This document shows positions 49,301-59,900 of a stretch of DNA of 64,000 bases, in pieces. How positions within the stretch are numbered: the first letter of the stretch is position 1; every line of letters starts with the position of its first letter. The stretch covers positions 2,666,001 to 2,730,000 of the forward strand of contig CM074811.1 of NCBI GenBank assembly GCA_037447605.1. The letters are read 5' to 3'. Source of the DNA: Zygnema circumcarinatum SAG 698-1b. Lineage: Eukaryota; Plantae; Zygnematophyceae. A model generated the notes under the pieces. The model ran no database searches and had not been told where the DNA came from. It saw only the letters and a list, made by a program, of their open reading frames with translations. Made by a program: the position numbers and the translations under genes.

Positions 49301-50821
49301 TACTCCGTCGTTTTCATTAGTTGAAGCCTGGGCGTCCTTCACAGGTGGAGACTCTCTTGACTGGTTTCGTCCATTGATTGTAGAGGAATCAACTGGACTT
49401 CCTTGCTTTTTTCTTTGAGCCACTCGTTTGCGCAATGCTGCTTCCTCCCATTTCTGGCGTACCTCCTCCTGAATTGCTTCATCAGCCTCAACATCGGAAT
49501 CCTCAGAGACAACTGCTTCGTTTTTTGGAACCTTATTATGTGTATCGACTGCCCCTTTTCCAACTGCACGAGAAGGATCGGCCTCACTACCCTGAGACTG
49601 CTTTGGGTCTAAAATTTCCACATCATCATCTGTGCTTGATCCCCCTTCAGATTCAGACGCCTCATTTTCATTCTCCTCATTACTATAGTCGGAGTCAGAA
49701 GAGGAAAGCCTCCCCGAATAGTTGGTCGTACAGTTAGTTCTTCCACTATCCTTAGGAACGTCGTCATCATCATCATCCAAAATAACCACTATTGGAGGTT
49801 CAACACCAAGTGAGGACCTTTTCTTTAGCAAATGTCCACCCTGCAAATGAGCATGATGGTCTTCCTCTGAAAATTTCGTAGATGCTGCTTTCGCTGACCT
49901 ACTCTCAGGCCGACTCCCTTCTGCAGCAAAACCAAAGTCATAAGAGGCCAGCACCAACTCAGAATGCAGATGATCAATAACCAACAGATGCATGTGCGCG
50001 CCCCCTTTACTATGCATATACTGCCTCCAACTCCTATGAAAACTATGCTTAGCCATGCCATCTGTGACATAAACGATCCATTGGCTCAAAAAAATAAATA
50101 TTCACGATTACGCACTGTTATGGTTACAGAAGTGAACGTCATTCTAAGTTTCGTACAAACTTAAAGAAAGAGTCAAACCTTGTTTATTACTTGTAATTAG
50201 TATAGGCAGTCTATGGAATAGCCAATGACCTGCCCAAATGGCTATGGCGTTACTGCACTGAGAAAGAACAGCAAATCCCATACGACACACCAACGTGAAT
50301 GGTGCCGCATACGATGTACTGATGTAAGAGGTACGTAACCACGGATATTTACAAAATGCATGTGGAATCCTAAAAAGGATTAAAGTATTAACCCGTTCTT
50401 CCATCTAATGTGTTCTGAATTTTTTAACTCTGGTTGTCCAAAAGGTGCTACAGGGTAAGTCATTTCCCTACCCGTGCTTCTGCATACAATTGGGGCCCGA
50501 GTAGGCATTGGAGTGCCAACACATACCTGCACTTGGGCATTCGGACTGAAAATGCCCTAGCTCTCCACAACTAGAGCACGTTTTGATCGTTCTTCCACCA
50601 GGGTTCCGTGCAGGATCTCCATTTTTGCAGCCCTCATACATTGGCCTACTGCAGGCACGAGCCCGATGACCTGGCTGCCCACAATCGTAACAGATGTTAC
50701 TTCCTCCCCGAGCTCCTCCACCGACACCCCCCCTGCCCCGGTCATATGGGTGCTGCCCATGGGCAAGGGGGGGCCTTGACCGCCCAGAGAATTGAGCAAC
50801 CCCGCAGGTTCTGCTGTCCAT
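46332..50821 (-). CDS. Protein with two N-terminal CCHC zinc knuckles, acidic disordered middle, coiled coil and C-terminal truncated J-domain-like (HPD) region
   Basis: complement(join(46332..46517,46681..46830,48106..48219,48584..49920,50527..50821)), phases consistent. Motifs: CYDCGQPGHRARAC and CSSCGELGHFQSEC; LIGERERMKESVEFQQADQEEWIQRQQELQRQ|ALEVQRLRKRKRAE; DMASLLQRLGI; VQAAYKKALLTFHPDRAS...QVEAEESFKII. This matches my recollection of a plant family of DnaJ-like uncharacterised proteins. Confidence 0.82.
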
Positions 50822-53800
50822 TCTAAAATCCGTGGCTTCCCACCAAGATTAATTTTAAAGTGACTCCATTGCCTGCGCCCACGCATTGTCAACAAAATAA
50901 ATCGTTGGAAAAAGACAGTGTAAATAAGAAGTGTCCCTCCATAAAAACTGCACACTAAGGACAGGCTTTACTGAGGATGCCTTCTTGTTCCTAGCCTATA
51001 CCTCTGCTCTCTCTCTCCCTCCTCACTCTCTCTCGTTCAACCTTTCTCCCTCCCTTACTCGCTCCTTCCCTCTCCTGCCATGTCAGCTGTCAAAACGTAC
51101 AACCAAACGTTCGATTCCTTTCGTAACTTCTTCCCCCTATTTCAAGTACATCATGACCGCAAGTTCCCTTCACGACCAGCCATAGTCCTTACCTCCATCA
51201 ACCCGCCCACAAGCTTTCCAGCTTGCACTCCAGATGCCTCCCCAGTGCCTGAAAGAAAATCTTTCTCAACTGAAAACTTAACAAACGGCTGCATCCTCAC
51301 AAGCACAGAGAAGCGCGCGCGTCCAGACGCTGCGCTTCCCTCTCTCCTCCCTCGCCTCTCCCTCTCCCTCTCCCTCTCCCTCTCCCTCTCCCCTCTCCCC
51401 TCTCCCGCCGTCCACCGCTCGCCTCCCTCTCCTCCCTCCCGACTTTCCGCGATGCTCCTAACGCACGCTCCTGCTCGGTTCGCCCTTCGCTCAAAACGGT
51501 AGAAAAGAATTCGGAGAGCTACTTCAAATCAGATTTCGTACTCTCTACAAAACTGAAAAGCCGCTTTGAAGAACATTTCTTTCGGTTTGACGTCTTCTTC
51601 GCCCGAATTTTCTTTGTCCTTCCGTACAATCGAATTCAGTATTCGAAATTCGCTGAATATGGGATTCATGAATTCAGAATTCGCCCGGCCGGAAATTCGT
51701 TGATGAATTTTGTTCAAGACACATAGTGCGACGTACGAAGTCGCTAGAAAGTCGCACTAAGGGATATTGTCTCGCGCTATGATCGTTCTGCACATTTGAA
51801 CAAAATTCAGTAACGAAATTCCAGCCGAGCGAATCCTGAAATCCCAAAATTCGGCGAATTTTCGCATACCGTACTGAATTCGACTGGTTCCCGCAGTTGA
51901 GGCGCACGCGAGAAAAACGAAAGACGTACTCTTTGAAGCGGCTGCCAACGGGAACGTTTAGTGAAGAGTACGAACTCTGATTTGGAGAGACTCTCCGGAT
52001 TCTTTGTACAGAGGGCGCGGGCGGAAGGAAGTAGGGTCGTTTGTTTGAGCGTTTTGGAAGGGGGGGAGGAGAGAGGCGGGCGGGGGCANNNNNNNNNNGG
52101 GAGGGGGAGGGGGAGGGAGAGGGAGCAGAGAGGGAAGCGCAGCGTCTGGACGCGCGCTTCTCTATGCTTGGATGCAGGATGCAGCCGTCTGTTAAGTTTT
52201 CAGTTGAGAAAGATTTTCTTTCAGGCACTGGGGATGCATCTGGAGTGCAAGCTGGAAAGCTTGTCGGCGGGTTGATGGAGGTAAGGACTATGGCTGGTCG
52301 TGAAGGGAACTCACGGTCATGATGTACTTGAAATAGGGGGAGGAAGTTGCAAATGGAATCAAACGCTTGGTTGTACGTTTTGACAACTGGCATGCGGGAG
52401 AGGGAAGGAGCGAGGAAGAGTGGGAGAAAGATTGACCGAGAGAGTGTGAGGGGGAGAGAGAGCAGAGGCATAGGCTACGAACAGGGAGGCATTTCGCTGT
52501 AAAGCCTGTCCTTAGTATGCAGTTTCTGTGGAGGGACCCTGCTTATGTATACTGTTTTTTTCGAACGAATTATTTTGTTGCAAGTGCGATAACGTTTAGC
52601 AATTTTGTCCTCCGCTATATTAAGGGATTAGTTTGTTCTATATGCTTGGGCACCTTGATAAGTGATGCTGTTTGCAATCAAGCTGCAATCATTTTAGATT
52701 GACTTTATTGGCTACAGTTCTCGTACCATCTGCCAAGGGTCGAGGAAATGTGCTGCTGTCGAATTTGACCATGTTCTGCCTATTCTCCCTATTGTTCACC
52801 TGTGTTACTTGAACGCCCTCTGGTGATCCTCTTCCTTTTTTACTTTGATTCACATTTGCATTTTCACGTCCAATTTTCCGTTGTAGATCATGACACTCTG
52901 CGGTTCAATGGACCCAGCAGTGGGTAACTGAAACCTCTTGGGCAAGTCTTTCAGTTATAACAGCAGACCTATTTTATGTGTGGGCGCAGGCAATAGAGTC
53001 ACTTTTAAAGTAATTTTGGGTGGAAAGCCTCGGATTTTAGAATGGACAGCCGAACCTGCGGGGGTGCCCAATTCTTTGGGCGGTCAAGGCCCCCTCTTGG
53101 CCATGGGCAGCACCCATATGACCGGGGCAGGGGGGGTGTCGGTGGAGGAGCTCGGGGAGGGAGTAACATCTGCTACAATTGTGGGCAGCCGGGTCATTGG
53201 GCTCGTGACTGCAGAAGACCAATATATGAGGGCTGTAGAAATGGAGGTCCTGCAAGGGACCCTGGTGGAAGAACTATTAAAACATGCTTTACTTGCGGAG
53301 GGCTATGGCATTTTCAGTCCGAATGTCCCAGTGCAGGTATGTGTTTGCACTCCAATGCCTGCTCGAACCCCTATTGTATGTAGGAGCTCGGGTAGGGAAA
53401 TGACTGACACTGTAGCACCTTTGGGACAATCACAGCAGAGTTCAACGATTTAGAACCCATGGGATAGAAGGAAGGGTTCATGCTTAAATCCTTGTCAGGA
53501 TTCCACATGCATTTTTAAAATATCTGTACACCTTACCTCAGTACATCGTATGCGGCACCATGCACGTTCATGCAGTATGGGATTTCCTGTCCATTCTCAG
53601 TGCAGTAACGCCACAACAATCTGGACAGGTCGTAGGCTAATTCATAGACTGTTTATATTCATTGCAGGTTAGAACCAGAGTCTTTCCTTTTTTTCAAGTT
53701 TGTACGAAACCTAAGCAATTAGTCTAACAAGCGCATAATCGTGAGTCTTCAAATTTTGGAGCCAATCGATGAGTAATGTCACCGATGGCATGGCTTAGTT

Positions 53801-53909
53801 TCCATAGAAATTGGACGCAGTACATGCATAGTAAAGGAGGTGCCCACACAGTTGTTTGGTTATTGATCATCTAGATTATGAGGTGATGCTGGCCTTCGTA
53901 AGATTTTGG
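49932..53909. repeat. Large imperfect inverted duplication (arms ~49932-51717 and ~51796-53909; 78-bp spacer)
   Basis: Reverse-complement matches were traced by eye along the arms. Examples: 51631-51717 vs 51796-51882; 51500-51590 vs 51915-52010; 50890-51345 vs 52125-52585; zinc-knuckle exons 50527-50821 vs 53042-53336; intron 49932-50520 vs 53340-53909. The right arm has about 390 extra bp (~52586-52978). Confidence 0.95.
52089..52098. other. Assembly gap (10 N)
   Basis: Run of N at the position homologous to the (CTCTCC)n tract at ~51340-51400 of the left arm. Confidence 0.99.
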
Positions 53910-56900
53910 ACCAAGCGATAAGTGTTTCCAATGCCTTCCATGTCGCTCGAATCAACACAATTTTCAGAAGTGTTAAGTGAAAGACGACTCTTGCACATTC
54001 ATCAAAATGAAAAAACTTTAGGTTAAGTACTCATGCATGATTGGTTAGGTTTTTATATTGTATAATTAAAGACAGGTTGAATGACCGAGAGAATACTCAA
54101 GCGTCACGTACGTGGTGCTCACAAGCAAAATCATGGTTCAGTATTCCTTGGACTCAGAAATTTATTAGATGAAAGGGTTTTGCTAGCTCGGTTATTGATC
54201 TCTCTTGATGTGTTAGAGGAGTCGCTTCATTCTTGTATCTGTTCAGGTGCGGAAGGCCAGGATAAGCAGCCAATTTTCGTAGACTCTTTACCTGAAGATC
54301 CATTCTCAAGCCATGCCAATGAGCGTAAGGCATTATGGCCGAGTGAGAGAACTGGCAACTTCTTTCATCCAATGAGTGTGGCAGATCCCCAGTTCTATCC
54401 TTTACCCAGTGCGCCGAAAACATCAGCCATGCCCATTTTTGGTGATGGTCAGTATGTTTTGAAGGGGCCTGGCATGCCCTATCCAAGCTTGCCGCATGAT
54501 CGTCCACCGTGGGCGCCTGAACCTTGGGTTAATGGGGAGAGAGTTATGGCCAAGGAAGTCCTGGAATCCCAGATGGAATGTGTTGTGCCATCACCTAGGC
54601 GTTCCGTCATGTGGACAGCTGACCCGTGGAACATTGGAGCCAATAATAAAGAGGGCTCAGGTTGTTCAATAGGAGCTCATGTGCCACCTGAAATCAGTTT
54701 TCAGACAAGCAGTGCAGGCTGGACGGACCCGTGGGCCAATTGTGGCAGAGATATGGCCAAGGACGGCTCGATCCCTCAAACCTTATGGGGCCCCCCTGGA
54801 GGTGCATCATTGGGTTTCTCTCTATCTGCACCATTTCCCAACCTCTTACCAGACGGTAGCTTGTTTAATCCTTCAGAAAGAAGTAACCCTGTGCAAGATG
54901 TGCAGAACGATGACATCGTGGGAAAGACTAACGACGAGACAAGTGAAAAAGACTGTGATGAGGATGTCTTTGGATTAACGATCGATGACCGAGTCGAGCA
55001 GCTTATGGCAGGATTCGAGTTAATTCTTGGCAAGGAGAAAGAGGTTGTATTTGGTGAGTGGTAGTGGGGTCCATTATGGTACAGTGGTTGAGTTAGACTA
55101 GCTCGCTCTATCTCCATGTTTGCATTTCATGGATACCATTTTTTGTTTGTTCGTGGCACTATTGCTTATGTTAGCAGAATATTCCTGCCTTTCATACCTC
55201 CATGTTTCCATTATTTGTATGTAACTCAACTGTGATTGCCGTCATAGTCATGCTAGGAACTCCACTTTCTGCCCCTGTTGTGTACTGTGGGTTTTTCTTA
55301 AGGCGTACCTTAACATGTGATAGGAAAGACAAGTTTTTCTTTGGAAGTTGTTGACAAAATTTATATCTTTACGGTTTCTTGGCTAATTGCTAGTTGCAAA
55401 TGACGTTGCAGAGGCTTTACGGACTGCGTCAAGACGTGTAAACCAAGAGTTTGAGCTTGGACTCGCTTCTGAAGGTGAGTGTAGGCAACTCCGAACGCAA
55501 ACGATTGAAACTGCCATGTGTGCTCTTTCCTTTCCGGCGATTAAGTTCTGAAGTGTGTTTAGACTGGAGCCACCATTGTCTGATGAGACAGTTCACAGTG
55601 TCGGAAGGGCCTTCAATGCATGCTGTTATCTGACGTGTGTTTTGATCCATGGTTGCAGACTCGCCTCAAAGTCATGGGGCCTTTGGAGAGTATGGTGAGC
55701 CATGGAGAGTCCTATCTGATCTTAGCGGAGAGGAGGCAGGAGTTAACCAGGAGCGAGGATCTGGAGGGAAACAAGATGAAGAAAAAAATGAGGCTAGTGA
55801 AAAGGAACCTGCGCTGGAAGTTAGCAAGGAGCTTGCCAATGTCGATGCACATAGCTTAGGACCAGAGAGTCAAGGATTTCTAGATTCTTCAAAAATGCTT
55901 GTCTACCCTAAGGAAGAGGGTGCCTTTATGGAAGAGACTGGAGAGCTCTGGAAATGGCCATTACGAGGAGGGGATTGGAAACTTGAGGGTGATCCCTTTC
56001 TTTTTCATGCTCCTTCTGATAAGCCAAGGCTCGAGGCAAGAAAGGTGGTTCTCAGTGGAGGCAGACACCTCTGGGAAATACGAGCATCAACTGAGGCTAG
56101 TGATCCTCGTATCCAGGCTGCAAAAGGGGAAGCTGTGTCGCGTGTAGAAAACGATTTAAGAATCAAGAGTTCTGAAGATTTTATGGACAGTAAGAGCATT
56201 GTTCTGTTGGAGCTACCCGCATTTGCATCCAGTGACGAAGGGAAATCAGTGCCGAAGAAAATTGGGGCGGCTAGTGAGAAGGGAACAGGAAATCTTGCTT
56301 CTGCGGGTGTAGGTGGGACTGCCGGGCCTTTGATTTCCGTCGTATCAGACATCACCTCAGAGGCAAGTGCACAGTCTCATGCATCCGCAGCTCTGCTTCA
56401 AGCAGTCTCCCCTTCTCTTACTCAAGGGTCTGGAAGAACCCGAATCAGCGCAAGCATTGCTAATGTGAATTTACCGAGTGCTGTGAGTTCTGATGTGAAG
56501 ACAGCAAAATGTCTTGGTACCGTAAAGGCAACATCAGTAAAAGGTATGGGGAAGACGGAGGGAAGAGAAAAAGTAGAGGAGAGGGAAAAAGGGCCAGCCA
56601 CGGTTAATGGGCGAGTGTCGTCAAGTAAAGAAAATGGCATTGCCAAGAAAGCAAGCATAGTGGGAAAGGCTAGTTTGGAAGTGGTGCCTCTAAACACAGA
56701 AAATGCAATCGAGAAAGAAACTCTTATGGTTCGAAAAAGAAATGCCACTATTGTTAGGCAGTATGGGCTCGTGAATTATTGTAGGGAAGATGAGACAAAG
56801 ACAGGTCAAGCAATCAAAGCGGTTGGGAAGTCGGAAGGGGTCAGGAGGAAAGAATCGTCAGCTGGTCTCACTGAAAATACTCGTGTTGCGGGCTCTTACA

Positions 56901-59900
56901 ATTGGTCGGATTGGGATCCTGTGAGCTCAAGTTCGGATGAAGAAGGAGGAGGGGATGGGCCCTGGGATGTTCCACTTCCTGTGAACAAGAGAAGTTTGAT
57001 AGAAGAGCCAATTGCAGAGATGAACGGAGGACTCCTGAGCAAAGAGAATACGGATGATGCTGCGATAAAGAGTGGCAAGAAATTGCCCGAAGGAGGCCAG
57101 GAAGGAGCCCATACAGGTTTTGACTCTGCCGGAGGCTTTCAGAAAGACAATTCTTTTGGTGTTCACCAGCGTGTAAAGTCTCCTCAGACTGCAGATCCAC
57201 TTTCTGTGGTGAAAGTGGTGTCAGATCGAAGCGTCATCCAGTCTCAAGTCGATACGACAACAACCCTTCGAGCTTCAGTTACTCTTGATCCTTCCAATAC
57301 ATCTGACAGTGCTCTGTTATCTGCAGAGATAAAATCCGTGGCTCCTCCTTGTAATTCTAGTCATGACATCACTTACTCAGTAGACAGTAGACAGGAGGCT
57401 TCAAAGAAATTACCCGAGCAGGTTGTATCAAACCCTTTTGGACCTGGTAGCTCCTTGGTGACTGCAAAGGGAGAACGTCCTTGCAGGCCCATCCATGAAG
57501 GGGAGTGGTTCTACCAAGACGGGATGGGAAAGGAGCAAGGCGGGTGCCTCTTGTCGAGACTGCAGTGGCTAGTAAAAACAGGACAGTTAGTTGAAGGATC
57601 TAGTGTGTATCGGCGAGAGGATGCTTTGTGGTTGCCAATCACTTCACTGATGTCTCCGCTCTCGTTCGAGCCGGCTGCCATGCAAATAGACTTTCCTGTG
57701 ATGCATGGTCAAGCATCCACTTCAGGGACAGGGCCATATTCTGATGCTGCTTCAAATGAAGTCGCACCAAACCTTCTCGGCCCTCCAGTGTTGTTCTTGC
57801 CAAAGCTTCTGAACTTCAGCCTCCCCGCTTTGGGGGCAAAGCCGGCCTCGAAGCTTCTCCTGGAATCGGAATCGAATAAGCCCACAGTAGTACAGGAATC
57901 GGCGAATACTCCTCCAGTGGAATCACCGTGTGCACAGAACCCAGATGAACTCGCCGGTCTATCGACCTGCTCTGGCAAAGAAACAGAAGCTGAGGGATTT
58001 GCGATTATTCAGGAAAATCCTCTGAACTGTTCTTCATTAGTAGATAATGTTGTTGTTCAGGACAGTTTGCTGCAAAAGGCAGAAGTTCAAGAGGTGCTGG
58101 CTAACTGTTTCGTCCCTGTTCTGCCGAGAACTGAAGATTCCTGCAATCCCTGTGGAGAACACGTATTGGTGCAGGCAGCAGGTAACCAGCTTGTCCTATG
58201 CCAGGAGATTTGCAGTAGTAAGCAGTTAGCAACTGAATATAATGTAGAGCATGAAATAGCGGGTAGCTGTGACAGATCGCAGAGTAGCCCCAGCCTCATG
58301 GCATTTGTTCGGGGCAAATTGTTTGAAGTTGCCATGGCGGATTACAGAGCAAAAATCTTGCAAGCATTGTTGGTTGACATTTTAAAGTGCCCAGTGAAGC
58401 CCAAGGAGAGTGAAGGTGAACTTCAGGGCAGTGAGGAGGTTGATGATCAGATGATACCTGGGGAAGAAGATCGTGTAGAAGTCAGACTTCGTGAATCGAA
58501 CCAAGCGGAGGGGCAGATGAATTTGGATGGTCAGCCGAATCAAGTGAAAGAGACGGATGCAGCAAAAGCGGACGATTTTGAGTCTGAAAAACCAAAAGTG
58601 GAGGGCCATGTGGTGGTGGATCCCCAAACGCCAACCAAAAAAACAACTGAAGTTGAAGACATCCCCCATCTAGATACAACACCGGCAGACAATGGAACAG
58701 AGGAATTTAAGGTCCATAGGAGGCAGCCTAAAAGTGATGTCTACTTAAATAGCGAGGGACAGGGCTTGGAAGCGGTGCAGGGGTTGAAGGATCAGTCTAG
58801 CAAAGAAGTGGAGTTTAGTAAATCTGAAAGCTCGTCACAGTCAAGAAAAAGGCCTCTTCTGGGTAAAATAGAGATTGGAACGACACCTCAGCGTCGACGG
58901 CTTGTTGTTGACAGTGATTCGGATGAGGACAGTTTGCCCCTCCGTCTACCTGCACATTCTCCTCGCCAGACCATCCCTAGTGAGGGACCCCTGGATAAGA
59001 AGTCATTAGTCTGCCAGATGGGGAGAACATTGGCGACTCCATCGACGTCTTCTGAGAATGGTGCTGTTTCTGATTCTATGGAGTCAACGGTGGCTGAGGG
59101 ATGGCCTGAAGACAGGGCTCATAAAGTAGGCAAGAAAAAGGTTGCCGCTGTCACTCCTGTATTAGGTAGGTCGGACAGTTCGTACAAAGGCTGTGAATCG
59201 TTCGATGTATTGGAAGGTGTTGGGAGGCCACCTGCCATTGCGAGTGAAGATGTCGGAGTCCGAGCACCGTGGGAGTCCATGGAGGCAGGACTTTTAAATC
59301 TGATATTCTGTTATTTGAAGGAGGATGCAATGGCTCTTGCAAGTATTGGGGCAGTCTGCAGGGCATGGAGGGGATGTGGGTTGCAATGGAGACAACAAGC
59401 GACGAAATTGGACCTCAAGTGGTTGGGCAATCGTTGCTCTGGAACAACTGTTGAGGCACTCCTTGCACAGGTGAGCTGGGTGTATTTTTTATCTTGTCCC
59501 ATTTGAAAGAATCTATCAGTGCTGACCTGCCGGTGTATCCTTGAGCAATCCAAGGGCTTCTGCTTCGATCTAATGAGTTGCGTAAATTTGTCGAAAGGTT
59601 TTCAGTAATGTAAAGATTGTAGTGAAGATGCTTTCGAGTATCTGTGTTCAGTGCACTGGTCTGCTATTTACGCATGCATCATCGTGTGTTGCAGGGGTAC
59701 GGTTGTAACTCTTTGGAGCGCATCTCTTTAGACAATTGTACCGACCTTACCCAAGAAACGATGCAGAGATTTCTCGCATGTCGTCCCTCAGTTCTGTTCG
59801 TAGAAGTCACTGAATCTGAACAAATGAAGGAAGTTGCACCCCTGTTCCCCAAGGTGCAATTCGTATGGAGTCATCCTTTCCTCGATGCCTTAAAACCTGA

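Noticed and set aside
51080-52471. Similar ORFs (QVHHDR.FPSRPAIVLTSINPP) in both arms
   Set aside because: They are antisense to the duplicated 5' UTR/intron. The similarity just reflects the duplication, and one crosses the N gap.
50468-53383. Zinc knuckles as retrotransposon Gag remnants
   Set aside because: There is no capsid, protease, RT, integrase or LTR context. The exons have proper UTR introns and in-frame splicing into host genes. A remote Gag origin cannot be excluded.
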